Assembly (NCBI GenBank): GCA_965213925.1
Contig: OZ243927.1
Coordinates: forward strand, 1,344,001-1,408,000
From: Trueperaceae bacterium
Lineage (GTDB): Bacteria; Deinococcota; Deinococci; Deinococcales; Trueperaceae
Direction of reading: 5' to 3'
Length of the DNA stretch: 64,000 nt
Within the stretch, counting starts at the first letter, position 1. Each line of letters begins with the position of its first letter. The notes under the pieces were generated by a model. It had not been told where the DNA came from and ran no database searches. It saw nothing but the letters and a program-made list of their open reading frames with translations. The position numbers were made by a program, and so were the translations under genes. Positions 50,057-58,077 of the stretch are shown piece by piece.

Positions 50057-50311
50057 ATGGGCATCATTTTGTGGATTATCTTCGGCGCGCTCGCAGGTTG
50101 GATCGCGAGCTTAATCGTCGGTACGAACGACCAGCAGGGGTGTCTACTCGACATCATCGTGGGCATAATTGGAGCTTTCATCGGCGGCTTCGTGTTCTCA
50201 CGTCTTATCGGGGTGGGCATATCGGGGTTTAATTTCTCTAGTTTACTCGTGGCAATCGCCGGCGCGGTGATTTTGCTCTTCATTGTGAAGGCGATCCAGA
50301 GGCGGACCTGA
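50057..50311 (+). CDS. GlsB/YeaQ/YmgE stress-response membrane protein
   Basis: WII.G..AGWIA, I.VGIIGA.IGG and GAVILL. Confidence 0.93.
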   Translation: MGIILWIIFGALAGWIASLIVGTNDQQGCLLDIIVGIIGAFIGGFVFSRLIGVGISGFNFSSLLVAIAGAVILLFIVKAIQRRT

Positions 50312-50342
50312 GCACATTTAAGAGGTGCAGAGAATTCAAGAA

Positions 50343-50441
50343 GGTGTAGGGGAGATTCATGAATCTCCCCTACACCAGCGTTGCATTCGGCTGCAGCGAA
50401 ACGCAGCGATGTGTAGGGGCGGGTTTCAAACCCGCCCCTAC
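50343..50441. repeat. Doublet of GTAG-type REP palindromes
   Basis: GGTGTAGGGGAGATTCA|TGAATCTCCCCTACACC (50343-50376) and GTAGGGGCGGGTTT-C-AAACCCGCCCCTAC (50413-50441). Confidence 0.85.
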
Positions 50442-50463
50442 GCTGCTACGGCGGTTCTTTGAA

Positions 50464-51084
50464 TTAGGCATGTTCCTTTAGCACCTCTCCCACCGTCTGC
50501 AACATGTAATTCATCGACACTGCCCCAGGGTCGAGGTTTCCCCCGCCTCGGCCGACCTGCGACGCTCGCCCCTTCTCGCTTTCCATCTCTCTAGTCGCTT
50601 CCATCCCCTCTTTCGCCGCTGGTAGTGCATTCTGCCACGCCTCCGCGAGAGGTTTGTCCTTTTCACTCTCTAGCGCCTCTAAAAAGGGATGCAACGTGTC
50701 CAGCATCGTCTTCTGCCCCGGCTCGGCGTCGCCTAGCTTCTTCATGCGTTCATAGCCCATATGCATCGCTTCGTGAACGCCCGAGGTCGTCACCTCGCCC
50801 GGAAACTTGTTGCCGATCGTAATAATAAAAATACCTACGAGCGCTCCCGACGAGCCGCCCGCCGCGTCCGAAAAGGCTGCGCCCGCGTCACTGATGAGGT
50901 CGGCGGCGCTCTTAGCGTCCGCTTCCTCCACGGATTGTCGCGCCGCTTTGAGCCCACGCACCATACCCGCGCCGTGGTCGCCGTCGCCCGCCACCGCGTC
51001 GAGCTTGCCGAGTTCATCCTCGTGTTCAGCGATAACGTCGTAGACCTCTTGGAAGATTGTTTTGACAACTTGAGAGGACATCAT
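50464..51084 (-). CDS. dhaL: Dihydroxyacetone kinase family L subunit (DAK2)
   Basis: LD...GDGDHG, GG.SG.L, KTMLD, GRAS and DPGA. Confidence 0.9.
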   Translation of the reverse strand: MMSSQVVKTIFQEVYDVIAEHEDELGKLDAVAGDGDHGAGMVRGLKAARQSVEEADAKSAADLISDAGAAFSDAAGGSSGALVGIFIITIGNKFPGEVTTSGVHEAMHMGYERMKKLGDAEPGQKTMLDTLHPFLEALESEKDKPLAEAWQNALPAAKEGMEATREMESEKGRASQVGRGGGNLDPGAVSMNYMLQTVGEVLKEHA

Positions 51085-52085
51085 CAACCTCCAATATGGG
51101 TGTAAGCAGGCGTAGACGCTGGCGCTTCTACCAGTTCTTGCAGCTCATCGTCCAGCCAAAAGAGCGTTAGCGAGCAGCCCGCCATGCCGAGCGAGGAGAC
51201 CACTTGGTCCACGATAGGGTGGTAAATCTCGAAGTCACCGCTGAGCTTTTTATGGACGCTCTGATACAAAACGAACAGCTCTTCAGGACTCGTGCGCCCG
51301 AGCGTATTCGCAATCACTCCGACGCGGTTGCCCGCCTCTTGAGGGGCGTCTGCGAGGATGCGTTCGACCATCAGGTCAGCGATTTCACGCGCGGGGCGCA
51401 AGTCGCCTGTTTCGACTCCGGGCTCGCCGTGAATGCCTAGCCCGAGTTCCATCTTGCCTTCGTCCACGGTGAAAAGCGGCTCGCTCTTACCGGGCAGCGT
51501 ACAGCCCGCGAAGGCGACGCCGTAGGTGCGGATTCTTTCGTTGACCTTGTCGCCGATACGTTTGACCGTCCCTAAGTCATCGCCCCGCGCCGCGCTCGCG
51601 CCTGTGCACTTGTAGACGTAAAATGCGCCCGCTACTCCGCGCCGCTTCTCGCGCTCGTCCGGTCCGCCCGATGCCACATCATCGGTGATAATCACGCTGT
51701 CAAAGTCTATGCCGTCGTCCTCTAGGCGCATCCCCGCCATGTTGAAGTTCATCACGTCACCTGAATAGTTCGCAATACAAAAGAGAATACCCGCGTCGCT
51801 CTCTACCGCTTTAGACACGCGGTAGGCCTGCTCACCCGACGGACTGGTAAAGACGTTGCCGATGACCGACGCGCTCATCATCCCTTCGCCCACCACGCCT
51901 GCGAAGGTCGGATAGTGCCCTGAGCCGCCCCCGTTAATGACCGAAACGTGTCCCTTTTTCGGTGCGCCGTGCGCCATCACGCCGTCCGCGTTGGGGACGC
52001 GCTTCCAGTAGCGGCTGTAGGCCGCCGCCATGCCCCCTATAAGCTCTTCCTTAAAGTCCGTCGGGTCGTTGACGAGGTTCGCCAT
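51084..52085 (-). CDS. dhaK: Dihydroxyacetone kinase family K subunit (DAK1)
   Basis: GGGSGHYP, FTSP, NYSGDVMNF, RRGVAG and GIHGEPG. Confidence 0.9.
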   Translation of the reverse strand: MANLVNDPTDFKEELIGGMAAAYSRYWKRVPNADGVMAHGAPKKGHVSVINGGGSGHYPTFAGVVGEGMMSASVIGNVFTSPSGEQAYRVSKAVESDAGILFCIANYSGDVMNFNMAGMRLEDDGIDFDSVIITDDVASGGPDEREKRRGVAGAFYVYKCTGASAARGDDLGTVKRIGDKVNERIRTYGVAFAGCTLPGKSEPLFTVDEGKMELGLGIHGEPGVETGDLRPAREIADLMVERILADAPQEAGNRVGVIANTLGRTSPEELFVLYQSVHKKLSGDFEIYHPIVDQVVSSLGMAGCSLTLFWLDDELQELVEAPASTPAYTHIGG

Positions 52086-52716
52086 AACTCTCTCCTCTCG
52101 AGCTGCTGCGTTCAGGATTGTGGCGTTGCTCGTAGATTCTAACGTACTTTTAGCAGATATACCCCTAGCGGGCTAGCGGGAGCAAAGCGAGTACCACGCG
52201 ACTGCACGACAGACATCTGTCTGCTCGGGCGAAGAAGGAGTGATCGCGGAACTGATATTTTTTGCTGACCGTGCTTGTCCCTAGTCGAAGAGCCGCGATG
52301 ACTCGAGCTTTCGTCTCTATCTTCAGACCGGAAACGTGACCTCCTAGCTATAAACGGTTGACCGATGTTAGCTGCGTCACTGTGATGAGCTACGTCTCTG
52401 GTCAAGCTATAAGGGGCGTGATACTTCGCTACTAGGTGTCAGAGCCTCCAAATAACGCCACTTCGAATCTTCAGGAAAGGTTATAACTTTTCACATCTTT
52501 GCAAAAAGCGTGAATAACCCCTCGCTTTTTTCGCGCGTAACTTCTACAATGGAATATGGAGCTTATCAATAATCCATATAAAACCATGTTGAAAGCGCTT
52601 CAACCTAGTGGAGCAGGCTTTCGCAGGTGCCACTGTTTAGGGCGCGTTGCGGCGAATGCTCCTCTCGCGGAGCGCGCGTATGACCGGGTGGTGCCTAGTA
52701 CCGGGAGGTGCCACTC

Positions 52717-53190
52717 ATGAACGCCGTCGATATCTTTCTCGTCTTAGATGACCGTGACACCAATAAACTTCCGCTTGGTAAAACCCTAGATACCATCCCC
52801 GACGTACTGGAGGTGACGCGCGACTACGTAAAGGGTCCGCTCAAGGAGACTTATCCCGCGCTCTACACCTTTACCGAGTTCGGTCTGCAGGCGATTGAAA
52901 GCTTTATGATCGCGATCACCGATCATACGGATTACACCGCCAACATCGGCGTGGCGGACCTCAGCGATATTCCGCTCCTAGACCGCGAACTCGCGGGCAA
53001 ACTCGCCGCGAACTTTTTGACGGCGCTGCGCGTCAGTAGAGGCAGACAAGAGGAGGTCGCTTTGAACCTCTTAGGCACGCAGTATACCGACGACTGGCGC
53101 AACGCCTCCTTTACCGTCGAGCCGGGTAGCTGGCTCATCCGGCACCTTAAAGGCGAGAGCGACCCCATACCGACCTCGATTCAAGCCTGA
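52717..53190 (+). CDS. Hypothetical protein
   Basis: 157-aa ORF with GGAGG RBS and host-like codon use; no family recognised. Confidence 0.7.
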   Translation: MNAVDIFLVLDDRDTNKLPLGKTLDTIPDVLEVTRDYVKGPLKETYPALYTFTEFGLQAIESFMIAITDHTDYTANIGVADLSDIPLLDRELAGKLAANFLTALRVSRGRQEEVALNLLGTQYTDDWRNASFTVEPGSWLIRHLKGESDPIPTSIQA

Positions 53191-53232
53191 GCTTGAAGGG
53201 CGCACACGACTTAGGTAGAATAGTGAGCGCGT

Positions 53233-53306
53233 GCGCCCGTAGCTCAGTAGGATAGAGCAGGGGACTCCTAAGCCCAAGGTCGTAGGTTCGACTCCTACCG
53301 GGCGCA
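53233..53306 (+). tRNA. tRNA-Arg(CCT), CCA not encoded
   Basis: GCGCCCG/CGGGCGC acceptor stem, AGCTCAG..GGATAGAGC D-arm, CT-CCT-AA loop and GTAGG-TTCGACT-CCTAC T-arm. Confidence 0.9.
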
Positions 53307-53330
53307 TTACAGAAAGTGCGTCATAGACGC

Positions 53331-53362
53331 AAAAGAGAACCCCGCCTCGAGCGGGGTCTTTT
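53331..53362 (+). terminator. Terminator after the tRNA
   Basis: ACCCCGC-ctcga-GCGGGGT followed by CTTTT. Confidence 0.7.
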
Positions 53363-53557
53363 GCTAAAAGGGCGAGGTACAGCTGTGGGCTTCAGTTCGC
53401 CTTCCCCTCACTCTTTGCGGACAGAGCACGTGGAAGGCTGTCTGAGATCGGACCCGTCGACAATTGAGAGCACCTTGTGTTCCCCCTGCATGAAAACTTC
53501 GTCCCTAAGGGTTTTCAGACTGCTGCGCAGCTTGCAGAAAGCGGCGCTTTGTCTCAG

Positions 53558-53655
53558 TATGCCGTGCCCATCTGTGATGGGACGTAAACTCGGCGCTCCG
53601 CTGAAAAGCTCTGACGCTCTCGGTAAGGATAAGTAAGCTGTGCAATTCCGTATAA
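53558..53655 (-). repeat. Second, partial copy of the 7213-7343 element
   Basis: Reverse complement aligns without gaps to 7213-7310, with about 5 substitutions over 98 bp. Confidence 0.9.
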
Positions 53656-53660
53656 AAACG

Positions 53661-53691
53661 AAAAGAAGCCGAGCAAGGCTCGGCTTCTTTT
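53661..53691. terminator. Bidirectional terminator
   Basis: AAAAGAAGCCGAGC-aag-GCTCGGCTTCTTTT. Confidence 0.8.
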
Positions 53692-53706
53692 GTATCAGCC
53701 TGACAT

Positions 53707-54675
53707 TTAGTTCTTCTCTCTCGCGTCCTCCGACGCTTTGGGCGGGAGGGCACCTTCCGGTTTTTTCACGAGTTCATCTGTGTCGGCGTAACCTGTCGCT
53801 TCGCTGTTGGCGCGCCGCGCGGTTTCGAGGTTGTCGCCCTCGGGCGTGGGGATAGCGTCGCCACCGGTGTGAACCGAGTCCTTCTTCATATTATCCGAGC
53901 GCAGACCGCTACTCGAGCCTGGCACACCTAGCGACGGCGTCCCCTCTTCATGCTCTAGCACCGGGCTCTGGGGCGTTGTGCTCGCGTGGCTGTCGGTTGC
54001 ACCCCGAATCGTCCCCGACTCCATCTCGCGCTTGAAGCGCTTTAGGTCGTCGCTAATCTGCTGCGCGGGCTCCTTGCCGAAGAGTTTGGCGACGGCTGCG
54101 CCGAGTTGTCCGCCCGGCGGGTGATAGGTCAGCGAGACGACCACTTCGGTGTGCTCATTGTTCCTACCCGTCGGGCTGAAGCGCACCGCGCCCTCGTTGG
54201 GTACATCCGCGTTCTCTACCGAGCGCCACGCGATGAGTTCGTTTTGTCTGTCGTCGGTGATGACTGCGTCCCACTCGATGCTCGAGCCCAACGGTCCAGT
54301 CGCCACCCAGCGCGAACGCTCGCCGCCGAGTTCACGCACGCGCTCTAAGTGCGTCATGATGCTGCCTAAGTTCTCCAAGTCGCGCCAGTATTTGTACAAC
54401 TCGCTCGCCGGCTTCTCCACCGTAACGCTCTCGCGAACCTGCACGCCGTTAATGCGGCTGCGGTTGTCGTAAAAGCCGTCGTCCGTCTCGCCGTAGGCTG
54501 TGATGCCCTGGTAGATGAGGTAGCCGCCCGCTGCGGCGAAAAGTGAGCCCGCCACGAGAAAGGTCCAATCCGCGCTCTGACTCTTACCGCTAGGATGGTA
54601 CGACGCATTCTCTTCAATGTCGCGGTTCTGAAAACTGTCATTCTGAAGATAGGTTTCTGAGGGTTTCCGTGTCAT
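53707..54675 (-). CDS. SRPBCC cyclase/dehydrase-family protein with one TM segment and a disordered tail
   Basis: Y.YWRD.EN...M.HL, S.WVA.GP, WDA.IT, IAW.S, Y.PPGG and DL.RFK. Confidence 0.92.
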   Translation of the reverse strand: MTRKPSETYLQNDSFQNRDIEENASYHPSGKSQSADWTFLVAGSLFAAAGGYLIYQGITAYGETDDGFYDNRSRINGVQVRESVTVEKPASELYKYWRDLENLGSIMTHLERVRELGGERSRWVATGPLGSSIEWDAVITDDRQNELIAWRSVENADVPNEGAVRFSPTGRNNEHTEVVVSLTYHPPGGQLGAAVAKLFGKEPAQQISDDLKRFKREMESGTIRGATDSHASTTPQSPVLEHEEGTPSLGVPGSSSGLRSDNMKKDSVHTGGDAIPTPEGDNLETARRANSEATGYADTDELVKKPEGALPPKASEDAREKN

Positions 54676-55051
54676 GACTGCCTCCTGTACTCGTATGGTA
54701 GGTGCCTCGCTCTCAACCTTTTACGGCTCATCTCACAATTGACCTTCATCGTTGGGTTTCACAACTACAGTTTTGAAAAGTGTGAAGGCGGAAAACGAAC
54801 CTCTTATCAGGTGAGTTTGTTCGCGTGAAAGAACTCTGGTACAACCTAAAACCCGGACGAAACTCACTTAGCACCGTTCAGCACGGTGAACCTAGCCGTG
54901 AACCTCAAGATAGCCGATTTTCCTGTTCTCAACAGCGTTCTTTAAGAACCTCGAGAAGCGTTATGCAGACTTTTGTTCGGGTTTGGGTGCAACCTCTTGA
55001 CGAATAGCGCATACGGGTGTAAGATAAGATTTATAACCAGTTGAAGAAGAC

Positions 55052-55074
55052 GCGCTCCGACGAGCGCTTTTTTT
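55052..55074 (+). terminator. Intrinsic terminator with no obvious upstream CDS
   Basis: GCGCTC-cgac-GAGCGC followed by T7. Confidence 0.65.
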
Positions 55075-55131
55075 ATGCCCTTTAGGTTCTTCGTGTGCAG
55101 AGCCGAACTGGCCAAGCGGTAAACTCAACGC

Positions 55132-55582
55132 ATGGCAACGAGATACGTTCATACCAACCTTATCGCTGAGGACTGGAAGAGGTTGGCTGACTTCTACGAA
55201 GAGGTCTTTGGCTGCCGCCCTGTTCCACCCGAGCGCAACCAATCGGGCGCATGGTTAGAGAGAGGGACGGGCGTAAAGGGCGCAACCCTGCGCGGCGTCC
55301 ATCTGCGCTTACCCGGCTACGGCGAGAACGGCCCGACCTTGGAGATTTACGCCTACGCTGAGATGAAGGAGAAACCGTCCTCGGCGGCGAACCGGCTGGG
55401 CTTAGGGCATCTCGCTTTTATAGTAGACGACGTGGCAGAGGTGCGAGAAGAGGTCTTGGCGCGGCGCGGGCGAGACCTCGGGGCGGTTACTGAGACGGAA
55501 ATTGAAGAGGTGGGAACGCTGAAATTTATCTAGTATGACCGACCCGGAAGGAAACATCTTAGAGCTTCAACATTGGTCTTAA
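55132..55582 (+). CDS. VOC-family protein with an apparent +1 frameshift near 55533
   Basis: HTNL.A.DW..L..FY and GLGHLAF.VDDV; the C-terminal MTDPEGNILELQ.W lies in the shifted frame after the TAG. Confidence 0.8.
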
Positions 55583-55597
55583 AGTTTTGCAGTCTTA

Positions 55598-56480
55598 ACC
55601 CCAATTCGGAAAAGGGAAATTCAAAGCTCAAATGCCCCTAAACGGCTGAGTTGGTAAGCGAGCAAGGTGGTGTAAACGTGCAGGATGCAGCCCACCGTCG
55701 AGCGGTAGGGTCTGTCAGAGAGTCCAAGTCTATCCAAGGACGAGAAGACCGACTCAACGATGCGGTGTCCTTGGTAAAGCCTCTGCTCACGCTTGGGCGG
55801 GGGTAGCTGGTTGCTGCGGCGCGGGGTTATAAGGTCAACCGCTTGGGAGGCAACGTCGGCTTTAAGCTCGGAGCTGATATAGCCTTTATCGGCGGTTACA
55901 ATGGCGTAAGTGAGTTTGTCTAGTAGGCGAGGCGCGACCTTAACATCATGTTCGTTCGCGCCTCGCAGCAGTACCTCACAGAGTCTGCCTGTATCGTCCA
56001 CACGCGCATGAAGCCGAAAGCCATAGAAGGTGGTGTTATGGACGTGGTCACGCCCATAACTGCCCGCAAGCTTGGTCCTTTTAGCACGGGCAAAATCTAC
56101 TACTTCTAGTTTCTTCGAGTCGAGGTGCTGTTTCGTCGTGTTATGCCCGGTGCAAAGCTGTTTAACCGCGAGAATAATCTGTCCTATCAGGAGGCGCTTA
56201 CGCTCACAAAACGTTGAGGGTACAGGTACGTCCACGCCGAACGATGCAGCAACTTCAAGCATCTTCCGGCTATAGCGAAAACTCGACAGCTTCTGATAGA
56301 CCGCTAAGGCGATGATGAACGAGTCTGGAAAAACAGGAGCACGTCCTTGAGGGGCTTTTCTACGCTTCTTGAGGGGTAAACGTTCGACGGCTTGTATAAT
56401 CTCTTCGAGGGTTGGGATTTTGCGCATACATCATTGCAACCCTCACTTCTCCCGCTGTCAAATCTTTTCCGAATTGGCGT
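55598..56480 (-). mobile_element. IS982-family insertion sequence (883 bp)
   Basis: 17-bp TIRs ACCCCAATTCGGAAAAG / ACGCCAATTCGGAAAAG with one mismatch; TSD AGTCTTA at 55591-55597 and 56481-56487. Confidence 0.92.
55621..56427 (-). CDS. IS982-family DDE transposase
   Basis: DS, FYGFRLH, N.HD, ADKGY and R.VESVFS motifs. Confidence 0.92.
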   Translation of the reverse strand: MRKIPTLEEIIQAVERLPLKKRRKAPQGRAPVFPDSFIIALAVYQKLSSFRYSRKMLEVAASFGVDVPVPSTFCERKRLLIGQIILAVKQLCTGHNTTKQHLDSKKLEVVDFARAKRTKLAGSYGRDHVHNTTFYGFRLHARVDDTGRLCEVLLRGANEHDVKVAPRLLDKLTYAIVTADKGYISSELKADVASQAVDLITPRRSNQLPPPKREQRLYQGHRIVESVFSSLDRLGLSDRPYRSTVGCILHVYTTLLAYQLSRLGAFEL

Positions 56481-56484
56481 AGTC

Positions 56485-56949
56485 TTAGAGTGTTTTCATC
56501 ATGAACACGCTGTTGGGGTCGTCTGTGTAGTCCGCGAACGGTCCCCAATAGTCGAAGCCGTACCGCTCGTAAAGCCCTCTTGCCGGCGCGAATTCTGGCT
56601 GAGACCCGGTTTCTAAATTTAGAGAGGTGTAACCGCGCGCTTTAGCCTCTTTGAGGATATGCTCAAGAATCTTAGAGCCCACACCTTTGTCCCGGTGCGC
56701 CTTGACCGTGCGCATGGATTTGACCTCACCCGTTTTCGCGTTCAGCGCTTTGAGCGCGCCGCAGCCGAGCAATTCGTTCCCGTTCCACGCGGACCAAAAG
56801 GTGATCTCGGGCGCGCGCAAACCCGCCAAGTCGAGCGCGTGGATGCTCTCGGGCGGCGAAATCTCGTGCATGTTATCCAGATGTTCCTGTAAAAAGTCGA
56901 CAATCCTCTCTCCGGTCAAGTCGTCTTCGCGAATATGTACACGGCTCAC
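56485..56949 (-). CDS. GNAT acetyltransferase (YedL-like)
   Basis: SPPES.HALD, GCGALK, EVKSMRT, LETG and DPNS.FM. Confidence 0.92.
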   Translation of the reverse strand: MSRVHIREDDLTGERIVDFLQEHLDNMHEISPPESIHALDLAGLRAPEITFWSAWNGNELLGCGALKALNAKTGEVKSMRTVKAHRDKGVGSKILEHILKEAKARGYTSLNLETGSQPEFAPARGLYERYGFDYWGPFADYTDDPNSVFMMKTL

Positions 56950-56959
56950 GGCTCCTAGT

Positions 56960-57433
56960 TTACACACTCAGCTCGAGCCCCTCCACCTCGACCTCTTGTC
57001 CCCGCACCCGCACGCGCGCTAACGCCACGGGCAACTTGAACCGCCTTGGTCCTGCACTCCCCGGATTGAGGTAGAGCACGCCCTTTTTCTCCTCCACGGA
57101 CGGTTTGTGCGAGTGTCCGAATACGACAACCTGAAAGCCCGCTGCAGCAGGGTCGAGGTCTAAGTCTTCCAAACTATGCAGCATGTAGAAAAAGACGCCG
57201 CCGACCTCTACAACTTCCGTTACCGGGAGCTGCTGCGCCCACGCGCCTCTGTCTACGTTACCGCGCACCGCTTTAACGGGCGCGACCTCTTCCAGTTTCC
57301 CTAAAATTTCCGGCTTCCCTACGTCGCCCGCGTGGAGGATGAAGGAGACGCCGCGCAGCGCCTCCAACGCTTCGGGGCGCAAAAGTCCGTGTGTATCCGC
57401 GATGACGCCGACGAGGTGTTCTGATTCGCTCAC
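56960..57433 (-). CDS. YfcE/MJ0936-like metallophosphoesterase
   Basis: DTHG, HAGD, RGNVD, GHSH and NPGS. Confidence 0.93.
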   Translation of the reverse strand: MSESEHLVGVIADTHGLLRPEALEALRGVSFILHAGDVGKPEILGKLEEVAPVKAVRGNVDRGAWAQQLPVTEVVEVGGVFFYMLHSLEDLDLDPAAAGFQVVVFGHSHKPSVEEKKGVLYLNPGSAGPRRFKLPVALARVRVRGQEVEVEGLELSV

Positions 57434-57483
57434 GGCTTAACCGTAACCCAAATGGGGGTGGGTGCCCTGAGGGGCAGCTAACG

Positions 57484-57511
57484 AAAACGCCTCGAGCGTG
57501 GCTCGAGGCGT
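57484..57511 (-). terminator. Terminator after the rhodopsin remnant
   Basis: Minus strand reads ACGCCTCGAGC-cac-GCTCGAGGCGTTTT. Confidence 0.65.
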
Positions 57512-57531
57512 CGTCTTAAAGAACGCTCTGA

Positions 57532-57700
57532 CTAAGCTAACTGCCGCGTGTCCGCCACCTCTTCTTCGGGCACCTTCCGCTCCGCGAGCTTCGCCGCCGC
57601 GATGTAGACCACCACCGCCGCGCCTATCTTGTTGACCATGTCCGCCACCGTAAAGGCGATATGCACCCAGTTCAGTGACAGCCTGGGCGTCAGCTTGGAC
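57532..57700 (-). pseudogene. 3' remnant (helix G) of a type-1 microbial rhodopsin
   Basis: LNWVHIAFTVADMVNKIGAAVVVY contains the DxxNK motif with the retinal Lys at 57628-57630; helices A-F are not visible upstream. Confidence 0.7.
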
Positions 57701-58077
57701 ACGCACGAGTTTACCCTATATCCTCTTTGAACTCTGGCGAGGTGAGAGAGGATCAGGCTTCTATCACCGAGGTGAAAGCGTAGCAAGTCAGGCTATAAAA
57801 TGGTCAACATTTTAGGATAAACGCTTAGCTGGTAGGCTGAAATCCAGTCAAGCTGGTTACGTAATCTTGCCCCCTTTTGGGGACCTACGGCGACGAAGCA
57901 AACGAACGGTTTGACAAAGTCAAAACTTACGTGAGCTGACGAGCCGAACTGCTCTTGGCGTAAGTAAAGGCAAGGAAAATCGAGTTCCAGAGAGTGATGG
58001 TAAATACCTGAGAGAAGATTGCAGGACGCTGTATAGTGGAGAGGCTCGAGCTACACTCTTTAGCAGGAGGTCCGCGC

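Noticed and set aside
52586..52606. LacI/CcpA-type operator GTTGAAAGCGCTTCAAC
   Set aside because: A single imperfect site, far from the dhaK start and with no cognate regulator in the window.
53233..58000. Genomic island integrated at tRNA-Arg
   Set aside because: Downstream genes look accessory, but no integrase and no duplicated tRNA 3' end were seen.
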